This document shows, piece by piece, positions 6,584 to 15,923 of a stretch of 64,000 nt of DNA; the stretch's first letter is position 1; each line of letters opens with the position of its first letter. The notes below the pieces were generated by a model, which did no database searches, had not been told where the DNA came from, and saw only the letters and a program-made list of their open reading frames with translations. The translations under genes were made by a program, and so were the position numbers. Source of the DNA: an uncultured Planctomycetota bacterium (GTDB lineage Bacteria > Planctomycetota > PLA2 > JAEUHO01); NCBI GenBank assembly GCA_963752285.1, contig CAVVXN010000001.1:224001-288000 (forward strand). Reading direction: 5' to 3'.

Positions 6584-9484
6584 TTAGCCCGTGCCTCTGG
6601 GCAATGCCAACGCAATCGGAGGCGAAGAGTACGGCATGGACGAGTTCCCCCTCTTGGCGTGGATGCGGGCCATGTTGAGCGTGGTGAACGCAGCTCCGCG
6701 CACGTCTCCTAGTCGCTTGGCAAAGCGCGCAGCGCGGGCGAAGCTCCGCGTCGCCTCCCGACCGCGCTGCATTTGGGCCAGCGCAATACCTTGATTGTTA
6801 AGGATGCGGCTCTGCATTGAGCGGTCGCGTATGAGGCGGGCGTACTGCTGGGCCAGACGGAGGCAGCGAAGGGCCTGGGATGATCTGCGAAGCAGGAACT
6901 TGGAACGTGCGACTGCAGTCAGGTACTCGGCGCGCATGCGCAGAAAGGCGTGGTTAACGGGCGCCTGCACGCGAAGAGAGCGTCGGCACTCCCTCAGAAA
7001 GGATCGGGCCTCATCGATGCTACGTCGATCAAACGCGAGTGAGGCTCGTGCGATGAAGTACTTGGCAGCCAAGATCGCGTCGGTCGTAGTCGATGGATAC
7101 CAAGCCTCGAGTAGCGTCTCCGCGAGCGCCGGCTCCTCCGCGTCCTCCATGATGCGCGCTAGGCGGAGCGCTGAGTCCGGAGTGTCTGCGTCTGGGGTGA
7201 GGTGCGCAGCGAGGATCCGGGCTGGACCTAGGCCCTCGTGGCTTGAGGGGATGAGGGCGCACAGCACTCTGCGCGCCTCTGGGGATGCGAGAAGTGCAGC
7301 GTTCTGTGAGACGGCCGATACCAGCCGGGGCTGGAGGCGGGAGAGAGCTTTCGGATCTAAGGGCGGTTCATGTTGGGCGATCAGTTGAATGGCGTCGAAA
7401 TGGCGCCCGAGCGCAAAGAGGAGGATCGCGCGCTCAAGGCGATTCGAGATTGTGGGTGCCGACTCATAGGCGGAGAGGAGGGACTGGCGGGAGGCCTCCA
7501 GATCAAAGGCAGGGACCTCCGATCGAAGGGCGTCACGCAAGGCGGCGTCGGCGAGGGCACAACAGGGGCCTTGGTCGGTAGGAACGACAGAGAGAAGGGG
7601 CGTGGAGAAGACAAGGTGGCGAATCGGCGCATTGAGGAATACGCGCTCGAGAACCTGCATGGGCACACTGCCCTCAGCGGCGAGGAGCACCGTCAAAACG
7701 CTGCGGAGTAAAGGGCCCGCGTCAGCGACTGCGTTGCGCATGGAGGGTGCGAGGCGGGCTGGGACGTCATATTCTGGCAGGCACGACGTTTCCCAAATCC
7801 AATTCCCGTATCCTCCAGAGAGGTCGCCGCGTCTTGCTGCCGCTGCGGCGTAGTCGACGATCCGACCGGACTTGTGTTGTGTGAGTTGTGCAAGAGCTTC
7901 CCTGGGCGCCGGTCCCGCATGCTGGGGACCCAGCCGCGTCTCGATCAGTTGCCAGGCTTCCTGAGCTGACAAGGCGCCAATGTGGCATAGGACGTCTCCT
8001 GGAGACGATGTGTCATGAATAATTAGTGATTGCGTGTCTAGACCGCCGGCGTCCAGAGCAAGGACCAAGGGCGGCGGGGGCTCGGAGAGCAGGTGCTCCG
8101 TGCGCGAGAGCATTTCGCGCGACAGGGCGGCCAAGGCGTCCCGGGCTAGTTTTGGCAAGTCGGAGTAGTCGTCCACGAGGATCGCATATGCACCCTGGGC
8201 CGACGCCTGGATGGCCCTACGCACAAAGTACTCAATCGCGTGTCCAGCGGGCCAGGATGCAAGAGACCGCGCCCGTTGCTGTGCCAGTTCGGAGGGCTGT
8301 ACGCGCGATGCTAGGGTGTCGATAGAATCCAGCAGCGCGGCGATCGGGGACTCTTCACTCGGCCAATCGCGTCGACCAGAGAGATAGACAGTGGCACACT
8401 CGAGCAGGCGGGCTTGGTGGAGGAACTCGCGCACGAGGCGGGTCGCGCCGGAGCGTGGGGGCGCGGTGAGTATCAGTACGGAGTCTGCTCCGCGGCGGGC
8501 GCTGAGTCCAGCGACGCCCGTCGCTTGGCGGCGGAGGAGGGTGACCATCTTGCGGAAGCGGGTCAGGGCTTCCTCTTGGCCGATCAGCGGGCCGCTCTCG
8601 ATCCGGGCGTAGATCTCGGCGGGGCGGACTTCGGGAACCTCCCAAGACACGTGCTGGGCGAGCTGGAGCAGGATGGCTCGACCGTCCGAGGGGCGCTGGT
8701 TCGGGTCGCGGGCGAGTAGGGCGAGGATCAGGTCTTCGAGGGCGGTAGGGATGTCGTTTCGGAGCGCACTGGGACGGGGAGGAAGCTCCTCGCGCCGGCG
8801 GCGGAGCATGTCGGCCGCGCCGTCGTCGGGCATCGGGATCGCGTCCTGTCCCGTGACGAGGCGGTACGCGATCAGTCCGAGGGAGTAGAGGTCTACGCGG
8901 TGGTCGTGGCCCTGGTCCTCGGTGACCTCGGGAGCCATGTACAGCGGCGTGCCGCGCGCGACGCCCTCGACGGGCCCGACGCTCGCCAGGGCGCCGTCCG
9001 TGAGGATGAAGCGCGGGCCGTCCTTCGTCTCCTCGAGGATCCAGTTGGACGGCGTCACGTCGTAGTGGATGACGCCGAGGTCGTGCACCGCGCGGAGTAC
9101 GCGGGCGCCGTCCTCGAGGAATCGCCACACGAACTCGAACGGCTGGGGGCCGTCGAGGTGATCGAGGCTCTCGCCGTCCACGTAGCGCTGGGCCTGGAAC
9201 CAGGACTCGACCGTGGGCCCCCCTGCGGTCGTGTCGGCGGGAACCACCCCGGCATCGAGGACCTGGGCCCAGTTGGGGTGACGGAACCAGTGGAGGACGC
9301 GGGCCGCCTCCTCCATGAAGGCGTAGCCCTCGCGGGACGACTGGGTCAGCTTGAGGGCGACCTGCTCGCCCCCGCGCGCGAGGTCCTCGGCGAGGTAGAC
9401 CGTGCTGTGGGCGCCCTGACCGATGACCCGGCCGAGGCGATACCGACCGACCAGGATCTGGGTGAGGTCGGGATCGTTCGCCAT
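6584..9484 (-). CDS. Ser/Thr protein kinase-like domain + degenerate STAND/AAA ATPase + TPR; N-terminal part of the frameshifted giant gene
   Basis: YRLGRVIGQGAHSTVYLA, VALK, HYDVTPSN, GTPLYMAPE, DLYSLG; PLIGQEE; APPRSGATRL (Walker A-like); ILVDD; TPR-like SRILNNQGIALAQMQRGREATRSFARA. Confidence 0.85.
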   Translation of the reverse strand: MANDPDLTQILVGRYRLGRVIGQGAHSTVYLAEDLARGGEQVALKLTQSSREGYAFMEEAARVLHWFRHPNWAQVLDAGVVPADTTAGGPTVESWFQAQRYVDGESLDHLDGPQPFEFVWRFLEDGARVLRAVHDLGVIHYDVTPSNWILEETKDGPRFILTDGALASVGPVEGVARGTPLYMAPEVTEDQGHDHRVDLYSLGLIAYRLVTGQDAIPMPDDGAADMLRRRREELPPRPSALRNDIPTALEDLILALLARDPNQRPSDGRAILLQLAQHVSWEVPEVRPAEIYARIESGPLIGQEEALTRFRKMVTLLRRQATGVAGLSARRGADSVLILTAPPRSGATRLVREFLHQARLLECATVYLSGRRDWPSEESPIAALLDSIDTLASRVQPSELAQQRARSLASWPAGHAIEYFVRRAIQASAQGAYAILVDDYSDLPKLARDALAALSREMLSRTEHLLSEPPPPLVLALDAGGLDTQSLIIHDTSSPGDVLCHIGALSAQEAWQLIETRLGPQHAGPAPREALAQLTQHKSGRIVDYAAAAARRGDLSGGYGNWIWETSCLPEYDVPARLAPSMRNAVADAGPLLRSVLTVLLAAEGSVPMQVLERVFLNAPIRHLVFSTPLLSVVPTDQGPCCALADAALRDALRSEVPAFDLEASRQSLLSAYESAPTISNRLERAILLFALGRHFDAIQLIAQHEPPLDPKALSRLQPRLVSAVSQNAALLASPEARRVLCALIPSSHEGLGPARILAAHLTPDADTPDSALRLARIMEDAEEPALAETLLEAWYPSTTTDAILAAKYFIARASLAFDRRSIDEARSFLRECRRSLRVQAPVNHAFLRMRAEYLTAVARSKFLLRRSSQALRCLRLAQQYARLIRDRSMQSRILNNQGIALAQMQRGREATRSFARAARFAKRLGDVRGAAFTTLNMARIHAKRGNSSMPYSSPPIALALPRGTG

Positions 9485-9530
9485 CTGTAGCCCCGAGGTC
9501 TGAGCGGGCCTGCCCTGGACGCGCGGTTCC

Positions 9531-9558
9531 CTATCGGCCTCCTCTTAGCCGGGCCTGA
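9531..9558 (-). promoter_or_regulatory. Sigma28 (FliA/WhiG)-like promoter TCAG-N16-GCCGATAG upstream of the kinase gene
   Basis: Near-consensus -10 element GCCGATAG 47 nt upstream of the ATG at 9484. Confidence 0.45.
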
Positions 9559-10298
9559 ACGGATGACGGTCCGGCTCTCGAGGCGACGCGTGCTCCCTCG
9601 ATCCTAGGACCGGGCGCGGCCCGGCGCACGCGTCGAGCTGGTCGGGTGCCAGCCGCGAGCGCACGCGCCCGGGCCGCCTGGATGGCCTCCATGATCCGCT
9701 CGACGTACGCCGTCTCCGCCTCGCGGTTGCCCGCGACGTCGGCGGGCGGAGGCGCCAGCGGCGCCCCGAAGGCCAGGCGGACGTGCGCGCGGCGGAACCA
9801 GCGGGCGCCCCGCGGCCACGTCTCGAAGTTCCCGGCGAGCCCCACCGGGACCACGGGGGCCCGCCCCTTGCGCGCGAGGATCGCCACCCCGCGCCGCCCG
9901 CGCCCGATCTTGCCGTCGCGGCTGAGCCTCCCCTCGGGGAAGATCGCGACGGGCTGACCCTCGCGGAGCAGAGCCACGGCGCGCCCGATCCCCGCTCGGG
10001 CCAGGCCGCCGCTCCCGACGGGGATGGCGCCGACGAGCTTGAAGAACCACCGGCCGGCCCAACGCCGGTAGAAGTCGTCGGTCATCATGAAGACGACCCG
10101 GCGGCGGATCACCAGCTGGAGGAACGCCGGGTCGAGATAGCTCGCGTGATTCGCGCAGACGATCGACGCTCCGCGCGGGAGGCGGGGCCGCGGGCCGATC
10201 GTGCGAACGAGGAAGAGTGGGCGGGCGAAGAAGAGGACGACCGCGCGGAGCGCCCCGTAGCCGAACTCGTAGACCGGGTTCCAGATGCGCCCCCACAT
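9531..10298 (-). CDS. plsC: Lysophospholipid (1-acyl-sn-glycerol-3-phosphate) acyltransferase family protein
   Basis: NHASYLD (HX4D), IFPEGRLS and APVVPV motifs. The start is chosen at MWGRIW; an alternative GTG lies at 10331. Confidence 0.85.
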   Translation of the reverse strand: MWGRIWNPVYEFGYGALRAVVLFFARPLFLVRTIGPRPRLPRGASIVCANHASYLDPAFLQLVIRRRVVFMMTDDFYRRWAGRWFFKLVGAIPVGSGGLARAGIGRAVALLREGQPVAIFPEGRLSRDGKIGRGRRGVAILARKGRAPVVPVGLAGNFETWPRGARWFRRAHVRLAFGAPLAPPPADVAGNREAETAYVERIMEAIQAARARALAAGTRPARRVRRAAPGPRIEGARVASRAGPSSVQARLRGGR

Positions 10299-10360
10299 GT
10301 CCGGGGGGCCCGGCAGACCGGGGGCGATCACCTGGGGTGCACGCGGACCGACGCGCTCCG

Positions 10361-11647
10361 CTAGTTCCCGTCGGTGGTGCTGGGAGCAGAGGTCGTGCCC
10401 GCCTCGGGCGAGCACCCCTCGTCGATGCGCTGCTTGAGGGCGAGGCCTTCCTTGATGAGGAGTCGCTTCTCTTCGCCGGACTCCAACATGTCCACCGCGC
10501 GCCGATAGAACTCGTACGCCCGGTGCGCGAGGTCACAGTCCTTCTCGCCCGTCAGCTTGAAGACGGTGTTGAACACGCGAGCCACCCCTCGCGTGGCGCC
10601 GAACAGATCGCGCTGTTGTGCGAAGTCCTTGTAGAGGAGGGTCACGCGCAGGTAGTGCAGCGCGGCCTGGTCGAGGAGCTCCCGCACCTTCTCGTGCGCG
10701 GTCTTCGAGCCCGCGGCGTTCGCCTGGAGCTGAGAAGCCTCGGTGAAGGCCAGGTCGCCGAGGCCGGTGTACACGCCCGCGAGCACGCCCTTGTCGGTCG
10801 CGGTCGAGGCCTCGTCGAGGATCTGCTCGTATTGCTTCTTCGCCTCGTCGGCCTTGTTCTGGTTCCGGAGGGCCTCGCCGAGCGACATGAGGATGCGGAA
10901 CCGCGGCACCTCGGCGAGCTCGTGGTGCGGAGCCCTGACGAGGTCGGTGAGGAGCGAGCGGTAGGCGTCCTCGGCGGCCGCCCACTTCTTGGGGCTGTCC
11001 GCGCCGAGGCTCTTGCTCAGGAGGGTCGCGAGGTACATCGCGCTGAAGTTGTCCCGCACGTTCATGTTCTGGATGTCACTGACGAGCTTCAGCGCCGCGA
11101 GCGCGTCGGCCAGCTTGCCCCGGAGCGCGAAGATGCGCGCACGGGTTTCCTGGGCCGGCCCGAAGTAGTACGTCTTCGGGTTGGCGGCGAGGAGGTCGTC
11201 GGCCGCCTTCAGGGTCGCGGCCTGGTCGCCGGTGTTCGCGAGGGAGAGCATCCGCTTGTAGAGCGCCTGCTCCTTGGCGAGACCCTGGAGCTCCTCCGAA
11301 GCGGCTCCGAACGCCTGCGCGGCCTCCGGCCAGAATGCGTTCTGGCCGTTCCGCTCGCCCTCGTTGAAGCGCTGGTTCGCGATCGTGTCGGTGAGCCAGA
11401 ACGCGGCCACGGCGGCAGCGTCGCCCGACGCGCCCGAGAGCTTGTACGAGTCGTAGCTCAGGTCGAGGTTCCGCTTCCCGCTGTCCTGGAGCTCCTGGTC
11501 GCTCGGCGGCGTGCCCCAAGGCGACTTGACGCTCTTCGGAAGGCGCGTCTTCCCGTCGCTGAGGTCGAGGATGTCGGCTCGCGCGATGGGCGCGAGGATC
11601 CCACCGAGGAGCGCCGCGAGGGCGGCGCCGAAGATGGCGGTGCGCAT
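10361..11647 (-). CDS. Secreted TPR-like helical repeat protein
   Basis: Signal peptide ending IARA; TPR-like LGEALRNQNKADEAKKQYEQIL and AALHYLRV; strong host codon bias. Confidence 0.75.
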   Translation of the reverse strand: MRTAIFGAALAALLGGILAPIARADILDLSDGKTRLPKSVKSPWGTPPSDQELQDSGKRNLDLSYDSYKLSGASGDAAAVAAFWLTDTIANQRFNEGERNGQNAFWPEAAQAFGAASEELQGLAKEQALYKRMLSLANTGDQAATLKAADDLLAANPKTYYFGPAQETRARIFALRGKLADALAALKLVSDIQNMNVRDNFSAMYLATLLSKSLGADSPKKWAAAEDAYRSLLTDLVRAPHHELAEVPRFRILMSLGEALRNQNKADEAKKQYEQILDEASTATDKGVLAGVYTGLGDLAFTEASQLQANAAGSKTAHEKVRELLDQAALHYLRVTLLYKDFAQQRDLFGATRGVARVFNTVFKLTGEKDCDLAHRAYEFYRRAVDMLESGEEKRLLIKEGLALKQRIDEGCSPEAGTTSAPSTTDGN

Positions 11648-11692
11648 GACGTTCGAAACCCCCTGGGAACGGGACGTGCGGGGCGAATCCGG

Positions 11693-11721
11693 AGGGTACA
11701 GGCCGTGGGATCGGCGGTCAA
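11693..11721 (-). promoter_or_regulatory. Sigma70-type promoter TTGACC-N17-TACCCT
   Basis: Correct 17-bp spacing, about 45 nt upstream of the ATG at 11647. Confidence 0.45.
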
Positions 11722-11842
11722 CCGCACCCGAGGCGGTTCGGGGCGGGTGGACCTCGGCGGGTCCCCGCCGCCGTCACCGGTGGTTCGAGGGCGTCTTCGG
11801 GGCGTCCGGACCGCCCGCGCGCCGGGCCGGCCGCGACCCGGG

Positions 11843-12682
11843 TCAGAGGCTGCCCACCTGGTGGAGCGCGAGGAGGTCCATGCTGAGGGCGACGCCGTAG
11901 TGGAGGAACCACCCGTAGAGGATCGTCTCGGTCCGCCACGAGAGGAGACCGAGCACGAGCCCCGCGCCGATCGCGCCCATCGCCTCGGGGAAGGGCTTGT
12001 AGTAGTGGATCATGCAGTAGGGCGCGATCATCACGAGCACGCTCGCCACGCCGATCCGACGCTTCAGGCCGAGCACGATGAAGCCGCGGAAGAAGAACTC
12101 GATCGCGAAGAACTGCAGGCAGTACACCGCCTCGAAGAGGAGGAAGTCCGCACCGAGGTGCCCGGGCATCGGCTTGTAGAAGGGATACGTCTTCTGGAAG
12201 TCCGCGCGCTGGCTCACGAGCCAGATCACGGGGAAGAACACGACGAAGAGTGTGAGATAGGTCCACGCGTCGCGCCCCGTACCCTTCAAGCGGATGCCGA
12301 GTCGGCGCGGCGAGAGACCGCTCGCGGCGCCGACGCACATCGGGATCAGCACCAGCAGGACGATCACCGAGAGGCCCCACCAGAGGTACGGCTGGAGCGT
12401 CTCCCATCGCGCGTCCGTGAGACCCGCGGGCCGCGGGAACCGGATGCCCATCATCCAGGTGATGCCCGGCGGAGGCGGGTTGGAGGTGATCTGCGCCTCC
12501 CGGAGGTGCCACCGCGTGTAGTGCCACGGCAGCCCGAAGAACTCGAGCAGCGTCAACACCACGGGAACCGTGACCAGGATCGCCACCGCGACGCGGTCGA
12601 GGGCCAGCAGGTCCCGTACGAGGCGGAGCGGGCTCGCGTGCCCCGGCGGCGGGGCCGGCGGCGGCCCGGGTCGATCGTTCAT
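11843..12682 (-). CDS. CPBP (Abi/CAAX) family intramembrane glutamic protease
   Basis: Multiple TM segments; [17 protein letters not shown] and GWFLH motifs; ATGA overlap with the upstream gene. Confidence 0.85.
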   Translation of the reverse strand: MNDRPGPPPAPPPGHASPLRLVRDLLALDRVAVAILVTVPVVLTLLEFFGLPWHYTRWHLREAQITSNPPPPGITWMMGIRFPRPAGLTDARWETLQPYLWWGLSVIVLLVLIPMCVGAASGLSPRRLGIRLKGTGRDAWTYLTLFVVFFPVIWLVSQRADFQKTYPFYKPMPGHLGADFLLFEAVYCLQFFAIEFFFRGFIVLGLKRRIGVASVLVMIAPYCMIHYYKPFPEAMGAIGAGLVLGLLSWRTETILYGWFLHYGVALSMDLLALHQVGSL

Positions 12683-13554
12683 TCCACGGGCTCCGCCGGG
12701 TCGTGCACCGCGCGCGGGCGCGTCGAGGCCGCCTTCTTCAGGGTCTCGTCGTCGAGGCGCTTCCGACGCAACCCGTCGAGACATCCGCGCCGGTGCGCGA
12801 CGAGCTCCGCGACCACCGCCACGGCGATCTCGCCGTGCGTCTGCGCTCCCAGGTCGAGCCCGATGGGCGCGTGGAGGCGCGCGAGGTCCACGCCCCCGAG
12901 CCGGCCCGCGTCGCGGAGGCGGCCGAGGAGCGCGCGGACCTTCACGCGACTCCCGATGAGCCCGACGTACGACGCGGTCGTATGCAGGGCGAAGTCCGTG
13001 CACTCGAGGTCCATCGCGTGCCCACGCGTCACGACGACGCACGACGTCGAGGGCGTGACCCTGAGCTCGCGGAAGGCTTCCTCGAACGTGGGGCGCGCCA
13101 CGACCCTCCGGGCGCTCGGAAACCGTTCGACGTTCGCGAACGCCTCGCGGTCGTCCACGACCGTCACGGCAAAGCCCGCGCGTGCTGCGATGTCGGCGAG
13201 GTCGCGGCTCACGTGTCCCGCGCCGAAGACGACCACCGCGGGCACCGCGATCGGCTCGATGAAGACCTCGATCTCGCCGCCGCAGAGCAGCCCCGCCGTC
13301 CCGGTGGCGGACTCGGTCAGGCGGAGTCGGACCCGGCGGGGACGGTCCTCCTCGATGACCTCGCGGGCCGCGTCCACCACCTCGGCCTCGACGCAGCCGC
13401 CGCCGACCGTCCCGAGGAAGCCACCCGACTCCCGGACGAGCAGACGCATCGTCTCCCGTCCGGGCGTGCTCCCCCGGGTCGAGATGACAGTGGCGAGGGC
13501 GCCGCGCTCTCCCTCGGCCCGCATGCGGGCGACTTCCTCGAAGATGTCCAGCAT
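12679..13554 (-). CDS. xdhC: XdhC/CoxI family molybdoenzyme accessory protein
   Basis: [45 protein letters not shown] and APIGLDLGA motifs. Confidence 0.9.
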   Translation of the reverse strand: MLDIFEEVARMRAEGERGALATVISTRGSTPGRETMRLLVRESGGFLGTVGGGCVEAEVVDAAREVIEEDRPRRVRLRLTESATGTAGLLCGGEIEVFIEPIAVPAVVVFGAGHVSRDLADIAARAGFAVTVVDDREAFANVERFPSARRVVARPTFEEAFRELRVTPSTSCVVVTRGHAMDLECTDFALHTTASYVGLIGSRVKVRALLGRLRDAGRLGGVDLARLHAPIGLDLGAQTHGEIAVAVVAELVAHRRGCLDGLRRKRLDDETLKKAASTRPRAVHDPAEPVE

Positions 13555-13628
13555 CGTCGGACCGGATGCTAGCCGACCGCCTGCCCCCGGGGCCAACGCG
13601 GCCCCGGCCCGACCGTATGTTCCGCGGA

Positions 13629-15020
13629 ATGCCGCCCCCGACTCCCACCCACGTTCCGGGTCTCCGTCACGCCCTCTACGCCGCGCTCGCGCTGGCGGCG
13701 GTCGCGCTCGGATCGACGGCCCGGGCCGGCGACGAGCCCGACGGGGCGGCACTGCGGCGGAGCCCCGTCGTCCGCGCGGTCGAGAAGGCGCGGCGCGCGG
13801 TCGTCCCGATCCACACGACGCGGATCATCCACCGGGCCTGGTTCCCGGCGGCCGTGGACCTCCCGCAGGAAGGGAAGGGCGTCGGATCCGGCGTGATCTT
13901 CCACCCGGGCGGCTACGTGATCACCAACGCGCATGTCGTCGCGCGCGCCAGCGAGATCTTCGTGGACGTGCTCCGGGACGACGGCACGGCCGACACGCAC
14001 GAGGCGCACATCTTCGCCGTGGACCTCGCGAACGACCTCGCGATCGTGAAGCTCGCGCCCGAGGGCGGCGGCCCGTACCCCCACCTCGGGATCGGAACGT
14101 CGGACGACCTCATGCTCGGCGAGACCGTCATCGCGATCGGGAACCCCTTCGGCATCGGCCTCACGGTCACCACCGGGGTCATCGGCGGGCTCGGACGTCG
14201 CCTCGAGGTCGGCGACGCGAGTCGCGTGTTCGACGACTTCGTGCAGGTGGATGCGGCCGTGAACCCCGGCAACTCCGGCGGCGCGCTGCTGGACGTGACG
14301 GGGCGCTGGATCGGCGTGACGACCGCGATCGTGAACCACCAGTCGGGCGCGGAGGGGATCGGATTCGCCATTCCGGCCAAACGAATCCGCACGCTCGTCG
14401 CCCGCGCCTTCAAGCGCCGTCTCCTCCAGGGCGACTGGCTCGGGATCGAGCTCGAGTCGGGCCCGGGCGAGGCGGCCCGCGTCGCGAACGTGTTCCCCGG
14501 AGGGCCGGCCGCGCTCGCCGGGGTAGAGCGGGGCGACGTGATGACCTCGCTCGACGGGCAGCCCACGCCCACGCTCTTCGACCTGCGGTGGCGGATGTCC
14601 TTCGTACCCCGCGGCGCGCCGCTCCGGCTCGGGATCCAGCGCGACGGCCGCACGCTGCCCGATGCGATCACGGTTCGCCTGGTGCCGCTCCCCACCGACG
14701 ACCTCTCCCGCGCGAGGCTGGGCTTCACCGCGAAGGACGTCGGGGAGAAGGAGAACCTCGAGCGGCAGATCGCGTTCGACGCGGGCGTGATGGTGGACGA
14801 GGTCCGTGCGGGCGGGCCGGCGGACCGAATCGGTCTCCGGTCGGGCGACCTCGTGGTGGGGCTCGGGAACTACCGGATCCGCCACTCCGACGACCTCCTT
14901 CTCTTCCTCCAGTACGTGCAGGCCGGTGACGTCGTGCAGGTGAAGGCGATTCGGTTCGTGGACCTCCCCAACGGGCGGGCCTTCCGACAGGGCCGGGAGG
15001 GTCGGCTCATCGCCGAGTAG
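13629..15020 (+). CDS. HtrA/DegP-like secreted serine protease with two PDZ domains
   Basis: Signal peptide; GSGVI, TNAHVV, DLAIVKL and VNPGNSGG; two PDZ-like repeats. An alternative start lies at 13617. Confidence 0.9.
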   Translation: MPPPTPTHVPGLRHALYAALALAAVALGSTARAGDEPDGAALRRSPVVRAVEKARRAVVPIHTTRIIHRAWFPAAVDLPQEGKGVGSGVIFHPGGYVITNAHVVARASEIFVDVLRDDGTADTHEAHIFAVDLANDLAIVKLAPEGGGPYPHLGIGTSDDLMLGETVIAIGNPFGIGLTVTTGVIGGLGRRLEVGDASRVFDDFVQVDAAVNPGNSGGALLDVTGRWIGVTTAIVNHQSGAEGIGFAIPAKRIRTLVARAFKRRLLQGDWLGIELESGPGEAARVANVFPGGPAALAGVERGDVMTSLDGQPTPTLFDLRWRMSFVPRGAPLRLGIQRDGRTLPDAITVRLVPLPTDDLSRARLGFTAKDVGEKENLERQIAFDAGVMVDEVRAGGPADRIGLRSGDLVVGLGNYRIRHSDDLLLFLQYVQAGDVVQVKAIRFVDLPNGRAFRQGREGRLIAE

Positions 15021-15097
15021 GGACCGCGCGGGTCCCCGCCGGGCCGGGCGCGAGCGCGGACCGGGTGCCCGACGCGGCGATCCCCGCGTGCCGCGCG

Positions 15098-15763
15098 CTA
15101 CGTGATCACCACGCGCTTCGTGCCGAGGATGTCGGCCACCTGCTCGTCGATGGAGCCGATGCGGAGCACGTGCTCGATCACGATGGGCGCGGACTCCCGC
15201 GGCGTCGTGAGGATCATGCGCCCCGAGCCGGCGAGGATCCGCTCGAGCACGTCCGGGATCTCCTTGAACCACCGCAGGTCCTCGGTGCTGTAGCGCTTGA
15301 TGTCGGCGAACATCCCGCGGCGGTGGATCACCTCGTTGTACCGGAACTCCCAGTAGTCGAAGCGGGTCTTCACGAACACCACCGCGAAGAAGATCGTGAA
15401 GAGGCCGAACATCGTGAAGTAGAAGCTCCGGCTCATGGCGAGCTGCAGGTCCCGGAACCAATCGCCGACGAAGCCGAGGAAACCCCAGTGGAGGCCCGCG
15501 ATCAGGATCGCCGCCACGATCGCCAGCAGCATCACCGACACGACCTCGTTGAAGTCGAACGAGATCACGAGGAGGTTGAAGGCGAAGACGCACATCCAGA
15601 CCGTGCCGAGGTGCTGCCCGCCGCCGATGACCCCCGCGACGAGGGACATCAGCCAGGTCAGCCAGAAGAAGATGACCTTCGGGTAGGACCGGACGATCAC
15701 CCGCGGCATCTCGTGGGCGGGCGTCGGGGTGGGGGACGGCGAGGACGGAGTCGGCTCGGCCAC
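15098..15763 (-). CDS. Hypothetical membrane protein (about 4 TM) with soluble beta-rich C-terminus
   Basis: GTG start with GGAG RBS, hydrophobic segments and strong codon bias. Confidence 0.7.
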   Translation of the reverse strand: MAEPTPSSPSPTPTPAHEMPRVIVRSYPKVIFFWLTWLMSLVAGVIGGGQHLGTVWMCVFAFNLLVISFDFNEVVSVMLLAIVAAILIAGLHWGFLGFVGDWFRDLQLAMSRSFYFTMFGLFTIFFAVVFVKTRFDYWEFRYNEVIHRRGMFADIKRYSTEDLRWFKEIPDVLERILAGSGRMILTTPRESAPIVIEHVLRIGSIDEQVADILGTKRVVIT

Positions 15764-15923
15764 GGCTTCTCTCCTGCTCGGGTTCGGGGATCCGACGCGC
15801 GGGCCGCAGCCGGGCCGACGGGGCCCGCGGGCCCGGTGGCGCCTGCGCGACCTCGCCTCGACGGCGGCCGAACCGCTCGGAGGCATGATCCTACGGGGAG
15901 GGGGACCGGCCGGGAACGCGGGT

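Larger units (their letters stand above)
1500..8500. other. Compositionally atypical (lower GC, A/T-ending codons) segment with borders inside ORFs
   Basis: Hand counts give about 58% GC for 1681-1740 and about 45% for 4921-4980, against about 80% for a sampled line elsewhere (24241-24300). ATA/CTT/AGA/TCA/AAT codons are frequent here and rare in the rest of the window. Borders are approximate. Confidence 0.8.

Noticed and set aside
1500..8500. Prophage, IS or integrative element as the explanation for the low-GC block
   Set aside because: No integrase, transposase, phage gene, tRNA or flanking direct repeat was seen, and the borders lie inside in-frame genes.
1500..8500. Diversity-generating retroelement, or DnaE2-driven mutagenesis, as the cause of the divergence
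   Set aside because: No reverse transcriptase or TR/VR repeat pair was seen. dnaE2 is more than 50 kb away and nothing in the sequence links it to this block.
10361..12682. TPR protein as a sorting substrate of the adjacent CPBP protease
   Set aside because: The C-terminal GC is not followed by a TM helix and basic tail, and the TPR gene has its own promoter candidate.
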